From a virus (taxonomy: Duplodnaviria > Caudoviricetes), in IMG/VR virus record IMGVR_UViG_3300002514_008521, positions 24,449-88,448 of that record: a stretch of DNA of 64,000 nucleotides, one strand, 5' to 3'. Below are positions 47,546-57,111 of this stretch, in pieces; position 1 is the stretch's first letter, and each line of letters begins with the position of its first letter. Under the pieces are notes generated by a model. That model did not search any database, was not told the DNA's origin, and worked only from the letters and a program-made list of their open reading frames with translations. The position numbers were made by a program, and so were the translations under genes.

Positions 47546-49195
47546 TCAGGATATACAGTTCGAAAAATCTTCAGGGAAATATTTTTTATTTTTCCCATAG
47601 AATCTAGACCAATCTGAATCAAGGATATATGTTATCGCATTATCATCAATGCTTCTAACACTTCTTCCTGATGCCTGAACTATTGTTTTTGCAGTCTTAA
47701 GGGGATACCACCACCTCCACTTATTCATTTTTTTTCTGATTAGTTTATCCCCCAAATAGGGATATGGAATCTTGCAAATTATTTGAAACCTGCTACAGTC
47801 GCCTTTAAGATCAACACCTTCAGTCATTGATGGAGACAGTAGAACACTTGCATTTTTTGATTTTATGTGCTTTTTTAACACATCATCTCTATTTGAGCTA
47901 TCATGTGTTATTAATCGTTGTGATCGAATGTTTCTTTTTAAGTAATTTGCTATTTTGAATGTGTGGCAATGAATGATGCCTTTTTCATTGGGGTGATTTT
48001 TTAAAATTTCCCGCACAGCCTGTGCTAGTCGTGGAAGAGTATTTTCTATGTTATTAGACGACATGCTACCAACACCACATGCTATAATTGGTCGGTTTTC
48101 AATTGGGAAGGGAGATGGAATGGATATAAATTCACAATCTTCTTTTTTAATTCCCAACATTGTACAGTAGGATTCTATATTTAGAATTGTAGCTGACATG
48201 CAGACGATCTTTTTTCCCAACCTGAACAACATATTTTCTGCATATGCAGAAACGTCAATTGGTTTAAATTCTATCTTCTTGCCCGATCTTCCTTCCGCTG
48301 GTACCAGGTTTGCAACCCAGTTATCTTTTTGATATAGTTCTAAAAACCTATTTAGTTTACACGCGTGCTTGTCCAGCATATCAAACTGTTTTGCAATACC
48401 TACAAACTCTTGTAGCTTATCTTTTAACCCGCTATATTTTTCTAGGATCTTCTCTATATGCTTAATATGGGATGATAACTTAGGGTGATAAGTGCTGTTT
48501 ATCCATGTGAACGCCTCTGTTTGCGTCTTGAACTTTGGCATCGTTAGTTTAAGGACCTGTTTTGAAAACCTTTCCGTTACCACTACTTCGATAAACTTGC
48601 TAAGCTCTTCGGCAGCATTGTGTGCTTCATCAATTACCAAGATTTCCCGTGGCGTTATCTTGCCTGAATAGTTTGTCTCGGCCAAAAAATAAGGAAAGTT
48701 TGTAACGCTAGAATCAGCCTTTAAAAATCGTTCTTTTTCTTTTTTATAAATGCAGTTAAACGTACATGCCTTATAAAGTTTGGATTCTTTTTCTGTGCTT
48801 CTTAGCGCTCGCATACTCTCTGCGCATGTATTCTGTTTCAAGTACCCACATTGATAGTTGGTAGAAGATTTTATTGATTTCATCCCCATGCTTGAACCAA
48901 AATCTTTTACATATTGATCCTGCAATATTTTTTGTGTTGTTAAAAAATAAGCACCGGAGTCAAATTCTTTATCACTAAATTGTGATCTTAGATATCTAGA
49001 GACTGTCAAGCCAACTGCGCTTTTTCCTACACCGGTACCTGCTTCAATGACTACAAATCTTTTATTTGTTTTTTTTAATGTATTGATTGTAAAGTCAATA
49101 GCATCGATCTGTTCTTTGCGTGGTTTTGTGTGTGGAAAAAATGGTAACCAGTCTTTTTTTTGGAATTCGGTACTCATAAATCTCCTAAACTTCAT
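47546..49195 (-). CDS. DinG/YoaA/XPD-like Fe-S helicase
   Basis: EAGTGVGKS, four Cys (YQC, NTC, KAC, NC), IDEAH, MSAT, EGVDL, QASGRSVR. Confidence 0.92.
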   Translation of the reverse strand: MKFRRFMSTEFQKKDWLPFFPHTKPRKEQIDAIDFTINTLKKTNKRFVVIEAGTGVGKSAVGLTVSRYLRSQFSDKEFDSGAYFLTTQKILQDQYVKDFGSSMGMKSIKSSTNYQCGYLKQNTCAESMRALRSTEKESKLYKACTFNCIYKKEKERFLKADSSVTNFPYFLAETNYSGKITPREILVIDEAHNAAEELSKFIEVVVTERFSKQVLKLTMPKFKTQTEAFTWINSTYHPKLSSHIKHIEKILEKYSGLKDKLQEFVGIAKQFDMLDKHACKLNRFLELYQKDNWVANLVPAEGRSGKKIEFKPIDVSAYAENMLFRLGKKIVCMSATILNIESYCTMLGIKKEDCEFISIPSPFPIENRPIIACGVGSMSSNNIENTLPRLAQAVREILKNHPNEKGIIHCHTFKIANYLKRNIRSQRLITHDSSNRDDVLKKHIKSKNASVLLSPSMTEGVDLKGDCSRFQIICKIPYPYLGDKLIRKKMNKWRWWYPLKTAKTIVQASGRSVRSIDDNAITYILDSDWSRFYGKNKKYFPEDFSNCIS

Positions 49196-49266
49196 TCTAA
49201 ATGTATACTTAAATTTAAAGGATGTACATCGCTTTCATATGGAAAGCGTAAGATTTAAATTTTAAA

Positions 49267-50094
49267 ATGTCTATTGATCATATAAAAAATAGCAGAATCA
49301 CTTTAAGGACCCTTCTGTCTCTGACAATCCTCTCTTCTTCTTTATCTCTATCAATATTTTATTTTTTGCACACGCATACGAATGATGCTGTGCATCTAAA
49401 CGAGTCATCATTTGTTTTGATATTAACAACAAGCAAAATTGACTTAGACGCATGTACGCCTGAAAATAAGAAAATATGCACCGTTGTTCCCACTGAGGAG
49501 GATTCCCTAGAGACAACTGTAAAAGGATCCGGTTTTGTTGTAGCGCAAACCAGAACTCATACATACGTTGTGACTGCTGAACATGTATGCAATTTTAAGA
49601 TTAAAAAACCAAAATCTTTGGTGCCATATGTCTATAAAAATATGCTAGTTAACGAGATCAGCTTGATAGAATTCAACGGCACCCCCCACAAGGCAAAAAT
49701 AAAATACTTTGATGAAAAAAATGACATATGCCTTCTAGAGACTGAAGGCGTCTGGGGAAAGCCAACGCCTATCGCCACCAAGATGCCTAGGCATGGAGAG
49801 AAAGTTTATAATGTTGCCGCACCATTTGGGATATTTAATCCAGGGATGGCTTTAGTCTTTGATGGGTATTATAGTGGTACCAACATGTGGGGTGATGAGG
49901 TATTTACTCTTCCTGCGCGGCCAGGTAGTTCAGGTTCTGCAATATTTAATGAAGATGGTGAATTAGTTTCGATAATCCACTCAGCTAGCCTAATGATGGA
50001 AAATCTAGGTCTCGGATGTAAATTAGAGAACCTGCGAAATGCAATTCATCCCCACATACCCCGACCCCCACCACCGGCATACCGACCCTATTAA
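49267..50094 (+). CDS. Trypsin-like serine protease with N-terminal membrane anchor
   Basis: TAEHVC (His), NDICLL (Asp), PGSSGS (Ser); hydrophobic N-terminus. Confidence 0.9.
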   Translation: MSIDHIKNSRITLRTLLSLTILSSSLSLSIFYFLHTHTNDAVHLNESSFVLILTTSKIDLDACTPENKKICTVVPTEEDSLETTVKGSGFVVAQTRTHTYVVTAEHVCNFKIKKPKSLVPYVYKNMLVNEISLIEFNGTPHKAKIKYFDEKNDICLLETEGVWGKPTPIATKMPRHGEKVYNVAAPFGIFNPGMALVFDGYYSGTNMWGDEVFTLPARPGSSGSAIFNEDGELVSIIHSASLMMENLGLGCKLENLRNAIHPHIPRPPPPAYRPY

Positions 50095-50096
50095 CC

Positions 50097-50384
50097 TTAT
50101 CTTTTCTTTCGCTTCTTAGGCGCAAAAAGTTTAGATTTTGCAACACCAATTTTTTTTAGTTGTGATGCTGTTGGGTTTTCAATGATATCTTTGAAGTATG
50201 CCAACCGAAATTGTCCACAGACCTCACATGCGAATGTAAAACATGATTTTTCAAACTGTGCCTTTGGATGAATCATACGAATTTCACCAAAACTGAGCTT
50301 GCCATCAGGCACCCGGGTAACAACAACCTTTTGTCCTAGGCCGTATCCTTCATATTCAGTAATCTTATTTTCCTTGTCAAGCAT
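50097..50384 (-). CDS. Hypothetical protein (SH3/KOW-like start)
   Basis: AGGAG RBS; GLGQKVVV. Confidence 0.6.
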   Translation of the reverse strand: MLDKENKITEYEGYGLGQKVVVTRVPDGKLSFGEIRMIHPKAQFEKSCFTFACEVCGQFRLAYFKDIIENPTASQLKKIGVAKSKLFAPKKRKKR

Positions 50385-50443
50385 GTGGTCTCTCCTTTAT
50401 AGCTAAAATATAAGAGGAAAAGTATACATGTATTGATAGGCTT

Positions 50444-50839
50444 CTATTTAGCTGGTTTTGACACCGTGGACCACACTGAGCCATCGATATAGTCTTTATG
50501 CCACATGTCAGGTGTACCGGTATGGATCCCAGAATTCATCCTGGTCCGATTAGCTTCTTCTGCTTTTGATCTTGCAAATGATTGTGCATCTGCTTCGCTA
50601 GCGAACGTTCTTAAGGGTGTTGAGAGGCTATCATCAAACCCTACATCAACCTGGGCAGCCCATAGACCGCCGTCGGTCATAGGATATATATTAACGTATA
50701 TGTCCGGAAAGTCTTCCCATGAATAAGGATCATTGTCAAGCGTTTTATAGTTTCGTCCAATTTCCTCTAATAAGATTTCTCGAACACACTCTCTAAGACA
50801 TGCGACGCTACTTATCGTTTTATGATCTCTATTGTCCAC
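50444..50839 (-). CDS. Hypothetical protein with LRECVREILLEE leader motif
   Basis: ORF track; N-terminal motif shared with the 58-64 kb proteins. Confidence 0.6.
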   Translation of the reverse strand: MDNRDHKTISSVACLRECVREILLEEIGRNYKTLDNDPYSWEDFPDIYVNIYPMTDGGLWAAQVDVGFDDSLSTPLRTFASEADAQSFARSKAEEANRTRMNSGIHTGTPDMWHKDYIDGSVWSTVSKPAK

Positions 50840-51126
50840 TTATTAGTCTCTTCGTTGACTTGCCACACCATCTTTTGTGGCTTAGCATATAATTTATCGT
50901 CCCCCATAGGTTCAACCCATATGGGTGTGGTTATAAATATGTGTTTATCGATGTTTTTTTCTAAATGATGCTCACTATTTAGCTTATGTGTGATGCTATC
51001 ATATACATAAAACGCTTCATTTTTTTGTGGTTGCTGTATGGCATATACTGTTGATGTTTTTCCCGCAAAGCACCCAAAAATAAAAAATGATCCAATCAAA
51101 AATACTAATGTCAACTTATTCATCAT
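50812..51126 (-). CDS. Putative exported protein/lipoprotein
   Basis: MMNK + hydrophobic stretch ending FIFGC; start reset to 51126. Confidence 0.5.
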   Translation of the reverse strand: MMNKLTLVFLIGSFFIFGCFAGKTSTVYAIQQPQKNEAFYVYDSITHKLNSEHHLEKNIDKHIFITTPIWVEPMGDDKLYAKPQKMVWQVNEETNKWTIEIIKR

Positions 51127-51200
51127 GTAGACTGTCCCTCTATTACCATTGTTATTTATAGCATGGAAGATCAAAGTGCACATGAAATAGGCAATTGAGT

Positions 51201-51632
51201 CTATACAGGGGCATCATCCTCAGGCATACAACCATATCTTGCGTTGTATTCTTCCCTATAAAGCATAACAGCTTCTTTAAAAGGAGACTCACATAGGAGC
51301 TTATACCCTATCTGATCAGCTTCTCTCTCGATATCTTTGCATTCTTCTTTTTTATGATTGTGTTCTGCTATTATATGTCCGACTTCATGAGCCTCTATAA
51401 CTCTTAAATGCTCTGGCGTAAACCACTCTTGGTCTGCTTGTGCGCCGTCAATCACAATAATTTTTTTGTCATACATACAAAAAGCTACGCCGGTATCTTT
51501 AAAGAACTCGGCCATGGCAGGATAAGTTGGAGATCCCGGGTAAATTATTGCTATGGTAACTTCCGGATCAAAATATGAATGCACGACAATTTCATCATTT
51601 AAAGGATCAATACTGTCTATAGATTTTTTCAT
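51201..51632 (-). CDS. Zn-metallopeptidase-like protein (HExxH)
   Basis: AHEVGH and EREADQIG. Confidence 0.75.
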   Translation of the reverse strand: MKKSIDSIDPLNDEIVVHSYFDPEVTIAIIYPGSPTYPAMAEFFKDTGVAFCMYDKKIIVIDGAQADQEWFTPEHLRVIEAHEVGHIIAEHNHKKEECKDIEREADQIGYKLLCESPFKEAVMLYREEYNARYGCMPEDDAPV

Positions 51633-51640
51633 CGATATAA

Positions 51641-51925
51641 TTAAGGACTAACTTTCTTAAGATACTTTATATTTTTTCCCTTTATTCGCCACACCATGCC
51701 GTCCAACAGTACTTCATATTTTTGTGACCCATTATTTTTACGTACGTAAATCATATATGGTACATTTTTTTCTACAGTTCGACTATGCAAAAAATCTATA
51801 GAGCTTTTCCTTGAATTTTTTAAAAGTTCATAACCTTCCACAGGTTTAAGTAAATCACCAGGCTCTAGCTCACATATCAGCATGTCATTACCACTCTGTT
51901 TCGCTTTTAATATAGACACCATCAT
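51641..51925 (-). CDS. Hypothetical protein
   Basis: ORF track; start uncertain. Confidence 0.5.
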   Translation of the reverse strand: MMVSILKAKQSGNDMLICELEPGDLLKPVEGYELLKNSRKSSIDFLHSRTVEKNVPYMIYVRKNNGSQKYEVLLDGMVWRIKGKNIKYLKKVSP

Positions 51926-52073
51926 TTTCGTGATTATCTTTTTTGTTTATTTTTATATTCTCACTTAACGTGGTATGTAAGATTTCTGCAATCATTTTTC
52001 GGTGTGTCGGGTTTTCAAGACTAAATCCTTGAAAATTCTCTAATATATCCATTATTTTATTTTTTATATTCAT
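51888..52073 (-). CDS. Hypothetical protein
   Basis: GAGAG RBS-like; ORF track. Confidence 0.45.
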   Translation of the reverse strand: MNIKNKIMDILENFQGFSLENPTHRKMIAEILHTTLSENIKINKKDNHENDGVYIKSETEW

Positions 52074-52100
52074 ACTAGTACTCTCTCATTAAGCATGATA

Positions 52101-52310
52101 TTATTCTATGCTTTTAACTTCCATCGACGGTACCCAAGCCAACCCGGGGCCAGCTACATAAAGTTGCGCCTGTGTACTATCTTGTGGCCAAAGAACTTGT
52201 AACCATCCAGTGCCACATTCATCTTCCCATTCATCTACTACAACCCCTATACAGCTAGTAGCTCGGTGTTGAATTAATGAGCACATACCTGATATTTTCT
52301 TTGGTTTCAT
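52101..52310 (-). CDS. Small SH3-like hypothetical protein
   Basis: IGVVV...LQVLW pattern; ATGA overlap with upstream gene. Confidence 0.5.
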   Translation of the reverse strand: MKPKKISGMCSLIQHRATSCIGVVVDEWEDECGTGWLQVLWPQDSTQAQLYVAGPGLAWVPSMEVKSIE

Positions 52311-52924
52311 GTGTTGTTAGATTTTCTTTGTTTCGCTATAAGCCTGTGCCATTTCTTCAGCAGGCCATAATGTTTTGGCTTTTCATTGCACCTGCCGCCT
52401 CTCTTGGGAGCACGAATTGCTGTAACCCATGCCGCTATCCACCTTCTCTTTTCAGATCTAAACTTACACCGAATTTTCTTTAACTGTTTTTTAATATGAC
52501 GTATGTATGCGTCTGCAGCCTCCAGTGGCTTTCGGCGATCAACACCGTATCCCCACCTTTTTGATTCCCACCATGACCACATTTGAAACAAGCCTATTGC
52601 CTTTGGCTTCTTTTTCTTGCTAAACCTGTGATCACCCTCTGCATTGGGATTATATCCGGATTCCATGCATGCTGATGCCAACAACATTCCTCTCATACTG
52701 GGAGGTACACTATGTTTTTTTTCTATCTCGATGATACCCCAAATTAACTTGGGATCGCGATATCTTTCTTTTGCATTTTTACATCGCTTAAGAGCGATAT
52801 CGGCAATTTCTTTATAAGATATCGGTGAACTCTTGCTAATCACGCCGGCATATGCGTTTAAATTAGCCGACGTGAAAAATATCAAGGGGATCATAGATAA
52901 CAATATTGATGTTTTTAATTTCAT
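52307..52924 (-). CDS. Lytic transglycosylase (SLT-like) with signal peptide
   Basis: ASACMESGYNPNA (catalytic Glu) and AIGLFQM; hydrophobic N-terminus. Confidence 0.8.
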   Translation of the reverse strand: MKLKTSILLSMIPLIFFTSANLNAYAGVISKSSPISYKEIADIALKRCKNAKERYRDPKLIWGIIEIEKKHSVPPSMRGMLLASACMESGYNPNAEGDHRFSKKKKPKAIGLFQMWSWWESKRWGYGVDRRKPLEAADAYIRHIKKQLKKIRCKFRSEKRRWIAAWVTAIRAPKRGGRCNEKPKHYGLLKKWHRLIAKQRKSNNT

Positions 52925-52979
52925 AACAAATAAATGGTTGAATACAGCTTTAACTATACCTTCAGCTTTTAGTTTGTAA

Positions 52980-53492
52980 TTACTTTGTTAAATGGTTCCA
53001 GTATTTTTGTATTTCTTTGTTCTCTATACTACTGATTTGTCCTACAGTAGGCTTTGCAGGAATAGAGCACAAAAATAGACCGGCTTCTTGAGGTGTTTTA
53101 GATCCTTTCTTTTGATTGCACTTAGGGCATGCAACCACAACATTTTCCCATGTTGTCTTTCCTCCGCGACTTTTGGGAATAACATGTTCAATTTGATAAA
53201 ATTTCATACCGACGGTGATCTTACAATATTGGCACTTTCCTTTATCACGTAGCCACAATGTCTTTCGATTCAGCTTGATAAATTTTCTTCTATTTTTCCA
53301 CTTATTAGAAAAAACGCCTTCTTTGAATCTCACAACTGAGGGCATTTTTACCGGGCCACTAGTGGTACCTATTGTGCGTGTATCACAGTATTTAACGATT
53401 TCAACACGTCCCTTGAAGAAATCCCCAAGTGCCTTGCTCCAACCGATGAGATACATGGGCTCAAATCCCGTACTTAAAACCAATACGTCCAT
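52980..53492 (-). CDS. HNH endonuclease (McrA-like)
   Basis: RDKGKCQYC, IEHVIPKSRGGKTTWENVVVACPKCNQKKG (EH in place of DH). Confidence 0.92.
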   Translation of the reverse strand: MDVLVLSTGFEPMYLIGWSKALGDFFKGRVEIVKYCDTRTIGTTSGPVKMPSVVRFKEGVFSNKWKNRRKFIKLNRKTLWLRDKGKCQYCKITVGMKFYQIEHVIPKSRGGKTTWENVVVACPKCNQKKGSKTPQEAGLFLCSIPAKPTVGQISSIENKEIQKYWNHLTK

Positions 53493-53525
53493 CTTTTAAT
53501 AAATACACCTAGATAGTAAAAGTAT

Positions 53526-53990
53526 TTAACGCTTTTTTAAAATCCACTTAATTGCATCTTCCAGACCCTCTAGAGCCTCATCATCAGACATACGATGATT
53601 TGCACCACATGTTACCAATGTAGCACCACAATTGTTTTTGAGAATCATACTATCATTATATGGTACAACTTGATCATTATCACAGTGTAGAATCATTGTC
53701 GAGGCCGGCACATCAGGTGCAATACCAAACCTGCGCCATGCGGGGGCTATCAATATTAAGCTTGACGTAGGTACTGCAACCTCCATAGCAACGGCACCTC
53801 CCCTACTTGAGCCAACAATAATGTCTGGCTCTTCGTCAACCAATACTTTCTTTACTGACTCAACTGATTCTGCCCATGAATACTTTGGGAGGTGAGGATT
53901 AAGGACCTTAAATCCTTTTTTTTCTAGATATCTTACCTTGCTACCTCCAGGTAAAGATTCAAGGCCATGTAAAAATAAAATTTTCGACAT
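53526..53990 (-). CDS. Alpha/beta hydrolase (YqiA-like esterase)
   Basis: FLHGLES, VGSSRGG nucleophile elbow, DQVV, NHRM. Confidence 0.88.
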   Translation of the reverse strand: MSKILFLHGLESLPGGSKVRYLEKKGFKVLNPHLPKYSWAESVESVKKVLVDEEPDIIVGSSRGGAVAMEVAVPTSSLILIAPAWRRFGIAPDVPASTMILHCDNDQVVPYNDSMILKNNCGATLVTCGANHRMSDDEALEGLEDAIKWILKKR

Positions 53991-54081
53991 TTAAGGGTCC
54001 TTTTCTTGATTTTCTGTTAATCTATTAATAGCGTATACACCACATGCCAAAGACATGCATGAATAAAGCAGGGCTAAGATC

Positions 54082-54366
54082 TCATTCATTACCTGGCTCG
54101 TTATTTGCAATTCCCAGTATAGCATAGCCACATATGTCTCTCCATGGAGACTCTCCAAATGCATCTTTTTTATTCGCTAGGCGAAAAAGCTTGTCAATAA
54201 CACGTGTGATTGCTAATGCATCGCGATATTGTGAAGGGCGGATGCCTTCTGGGTATAATACCTCTAAGATCCTACATGCCTGTCCAAATGAATCCCCGTA
54301 TGCCTCATTTTTTTCTGCACACAGTATGCCTACTTCTTTTCCGATATTTTCGTATTTTGCTTTCAT
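54082..54366 (-). CDS. DUF1599/nucleotide-modification-associated domain protein
   Basis: EKNEAYGDSF, DKLFRL, WRDICGYAIL. Confidence 0.7.
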   Translation of the reverse strand: MKAKYENIGKEVGILCAEKNEAYGDSFGQACRILEVLYPEGIRPSQYRDALAITRVIDKLFRLANKKDAFGESPWRDICGYAILGIANNEPGNE

Positions 54367-54385
54367 AAAGTATCCTCACATTAGT

Positions 54386-54403
54386 TCTAGGACATGTCCT
54401 AGA
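54386..54403. promoter_or_regulatory. 18-bp perfect palindrome, candidate operator
   Basis: TCTAGGACATGTCCTAGA equals its own reverse complement; intergenic, 20 nt upstream of the 54366 start. Confidence 0.4.
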
Positions 54404-54506
54404 GCAACTTAAGTTATTTTGTGGGTTAACCCCCGTATAATTGTCTACAATAATTCTGGATGTACCCTATGGCCACTCCAGGGTGTTATAATAAACAAAG
54501 AGATAT

Positions 54507-54593
54507 TGGTGCCTCGGGAGGGACTCGAACCCTCAATCCCGTACGGGCGACAGATTTTAAGTCTGTTGCGTATACCAATTCCGCCACCGAGGC
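54507..54593 (-). tRNA. trnL: tRNA-Leu(TAA), CCA encoded
   Basis: GCCTCGGTGGCGGAATTGGTATACGCAACAGAC-TTAAAA-TCTGT, long variable arm, GGTTCGAGTCC, ends GAGGCACCA. Confidence 0.97.
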
Positions 54594-54601
54594 ATTGCAT
54601 C

Positions 54602-54874
54602 TTAACTATAATCAACTTCGCAGTAAATATCTTCTACGTTGTCTTCTCTAATCCAATTGACTGGATCAATACCGGGGACCAGATCACCGCTGCCATACCA
54701 GCTAGCCGATCTGGCTGGTGACATGGTTGTCCATGACCCAAATCCCTTTTCTTTAGCTGCGTGATCGCATCTTACCACCATGTCACCTACGACCTGAACC
54801 CAGTGTGTTTCATAGGTTACAATTTCTTCTGCAATAGTACCTAACCATCGTGTGATATTCTTTGTTCTAGGCAT
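54602..54874 (-). CDS. Hypothetical protein
   Basis: GGAGG RBS; 1-nt overlap with upstream stop. Confidence 0.55.
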   Translation of the reverse strand: MPRTKNITRWLGTIAEEIVTYETHWVQVVGDMVVRCDHAAKEKGFGSWTTMSPARSASWYGSGDLVPGIDPVNWIREDNVEDIYCEVDYS

Positions 54875-55305
54875 TAAATCACCTCCAGTAGTTCACGTTT
54901 AATATATGTCTCTTCACCAGTATGCGTACACAAAACCTTAGCCATTCCTGGAGTTGGATTACCCCAACCTAGTACTACCCTGCACCTGGCCCGAAGTACC
55001 TGATACGTACGGTCACGGTGGAGATTAATTGTTCTAGATCTCGGGGCTAGCCTAGATTCCCCCGCATCATCGAAAGCGATGTGAAAAGTATCCTTACCGG
55101 TAACCCGTGCATGCTCAATGTCCTTACGCTTTTGTTCTTGCCAGGCCTGTCGTTCTTCAGACGTCGTTGGTCGCGAACTTGGAATTTTACCATCCTTGTC
55201 ATTTCGATAGTTGGTCAAAGGATATCTCAACCCTCCCCCGTGTTCTTCTGTAAAACACTTGATGGGATCAAGCTTAACTAGACACCCTTTTTTAATTTTC
55301 TTCAC
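54874..55305 (-). CDS. Hypothetical protein (KOW-like start)
   Basis: GGAGG RBS, GTG start, upstream promoter motif. Confidence 0.6.
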   Translation of the reverse strand: MKKIKKGCLVKLDPIKCFTEEHGGGLRYPLTNYRNDKDGKIPSSRPTTSEERQAWQEQKRKDIEHARVTGKDTFHIAFDDAGESRLAPRSRTINLHRDRTYQVLRARCRVVLGWGNPTPGMAKVLCTHTGEETYIKRELLEVI

Positions 55306-55330
55306 CCGGCCTCCATCACCTTATATTTCC

Positions 55331-55359
55331 ATTATACCATCGTGATGATCCAATTACAC
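55331..55359 (-). promoter_or_regulatory. Sigma70-like early promoter GTGTAA-N17-TATAAT
   Basis: Read directly; extended -10 TGG; same architecture at 58406 and 62272. Confidence 0.65.
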
Positions 55360-55370
55360 GAATTTACTAG

Positions 55371-55661
55371 TTATTCATCAATTAACTTTAGACTTAAAGT
55401 ATCATACCAGTTATGCTGATTTGTATTAGTAAGGACCAAGGCCAGATCCTTACCGGTTTCTTTACAACGGTATATTTCTATAACAATTCCGGACATAAAT
55501 ACTTCTGCTGATTCTTCAATGTGAGAATTATGGCTGGGTGAAGGCATTGCGTCCAAAATCAGTTCGAGTATATTTTTTTGCTGATCGGGATCATTGTCTT
55601 CATAATACACGAGATCTCCTACGTAGATTTTTTTTCTTTTAAAAAAGCGGAGAAACTTCAT
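55371..55661 (-). CDS. Small KOW/SH3-like hypothetical protein
   Basis: IYVGDLVYY...SGIVIE pattern. Confidence 0.55.
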   Translation of the reverse strand: MKFLRFFKRKKIYVGDLVYYEDNDPDQQKNILELILDAMPSPSHNSHIEESAEVFMSGIVIEIYRCKETGKDLALVLTNTNQHNWYDTLSLKLIDE

Positions 55662-55775
55662 TTATTCTTGTGTCGATTAACTATAATTCGAATAACTGCA
55701 ATACTGCCGATAACCATCGATATCCATGGAAATAATGCAAGAAATAGCAGCAGCTCTTTACTCATTATCGAATCA

Positions 55776-55982
55776 TTATAAGTTTAACTCAAGTTGCCTA
55801 GGGCCAGTAGGGAAAGAAGATATTTGAAATAATGGTTCACCACCTTCCCATACGACATCGATATCTCCCGCCGCGTATCCCTCTATTAATGCCTGCATAG
55901 CCTCTACAGATTCGTAATCCCCATCGACATGCAGTTTTTTGAGATTATCATAAAGTTTAATTAAGTTAAAGTCTAAAATCAC
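55776..55982 (-). CDS. Hypothetical protein
   Basis: Coupled to upstream gene. Confidence 0.5.
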   Translation of the reverse strand: MILDFNLIKLYDNLKKLHVDGDYESVEAMQALIEGYAAGDIDVVWEGGEPLFQISSFPTGPRQLELNL

Positions 55983-56152
55983 TTTTTATCCTTTACCATC
56001 TCTTTAAAGTATTTTTCTAAGAATTCTTTGCATGCTTTGCATTTATAACCAGCACCGGTCATTTTTTTGAGATCACCCAAGTTATCGCAGCCCTGGCTAA
56101 TGATATCATGCATTTCTTTTTCATTAAGAGATACACAAATACACAAGATCAT
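55979..56152 (-). CDS. bfd: Bfd-like [2Fe-2S] ferredoxin
   Basis: MILCIC...GAGYKCKAC (CxC...CxxC); start reset to ATG 56152. Confidence 0.8.
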   Translation of the reverse strand: MILCICVSLNEKEMHDIISQGCDNLGDLKKMTGAGYKCKACKEFLEKYFKEMVKDKK

Positions 56153-56157
56153 CTTAC

Positions 56158-56379
56158 TTAGACCTTTCTGCACTCCGCCGGACTAATGACGTCATCCTTG
56201 GATTTAGTAGTGTGTGTAAATTTCTGTGGCATGCCCATACTATCATCATGGTATCCTTCTTTGTATCCATCCATGTAATCCCTGTCACTAGGCATCTGAA
56301 TGTCATTGCCTTCATAACCATCCATATATCCTGCATGGTACTTTGAGAATGGACTCTTTTCGAAAGGATCATTTTCCAT
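56158..56379 (-). CDS. Hypothetical protein with GY-x-x-GY repeats
   Basis: AGGAG RBS; YHAGYMDGYEG / YMDGYKEGYHD. Confidence 0.6.
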   Translation of the reverse strand: MENDPFEKSPFSKYHAGYMDGYEGNDIQMPSDRDYMDGYKEGYHDDSMGMPQKFTHTTKSKDDVISPAECRKV

Positions 56380-56561
56380 TTTAGCTCCTATTAAATAACA
56401 TAAATCATAGTATTGGAATTAATTTTATCTGTCATCTTGACATTGCATATTTTTAAGTATATTCAATGTCTGTAGATAACCCGTAACTGAAATTGTTTGA
56501 CCATTTTATCATCAAAAAAAATATATACCCTCATTGCGAAATGTATTTTAAGATCTGATCC

Positions 56562-56747
56562 TTATTGTTTTGTAGGGATTTTTTCGCATGACCACCATCC
56601 CTTCATGAATGTCTCTATTGCCCCATTGGTCATGACAATCCACCCTCTATCTGATCTATCCCATCCCATGTAGATCCCTGTATATACAGGGCCCTGTTTC
56701 CCCTTGTTTGTTATTGCATAAACATTAACAAGATCTCCCTCTTTCAT
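56562..56747 (-). CDS. Small KOW/SH3-like hypothetical protein
   Basis: MKEGDLVNV; ATGA coupling. Confidence 0.6.
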   Translation of the reverse strand: MKEGDLVNVYAITNKGKQGPVYTGIYMGWDRSDRGWIVMTNGAIETFMKGWWSCEKIPTKQ

Positions 56748-57040
56748 CGAATATCATTTCCTTCACGAATTATCCTGAACTCACTTCTGATATTGTGAAT
56801 ATTCATACCGGAGTAGCCGTGTTCTTCCTTGTAGTTAATTGGAGGTTTGCTAGACCACATGATCATGACGCGTTTTTGGTGCCCAAACGAATCCTTCTCA
56901 ATCTCTCTTACAATTCCGGCATGTGTAACATTCTCAACGTAGCATGAACACTTCTCATTGTATACGCTGCTGGGGCATGTAACTATTAATAGATCACCGA
57001 TCTGTGGACGTCGAGATTCATGCATTAGTTTTATCGCCAA
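56744..57040 (-). CDS. Small KOW/SH3-like hypothetical protein
   Basis: PQIGDLLIV...AGIVREI...IMW. Confidence 0.6.
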   Translation of the reverse strand: MAIKLMHESRRPQIGDLLIVTCPSSVYNEKCSCYVENVTHAGIVREIEKDSFGHQKRVMIMWSSKPPINYKEEHGYSGMNIHNIRSEFRIIREGNDIR

Positions 57041-57111
57041 TCTTCATGAATCAGTTTGCCTATTATAAAAAGACCAAGCCACGATAATAAAACGATGTAT
57101 GCTAACATCAT

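Noticed and set aside
52980-53492. HNH as a mobile homing endonuclease or IscB/TnpB-type RNA-guided nuclease linked to the large RNA
   Set aside because: Not inside an intron, no RuvC motifs or transposon ends, and 6 kb from the RNA; it looks like an ordinary McrA-like HNH
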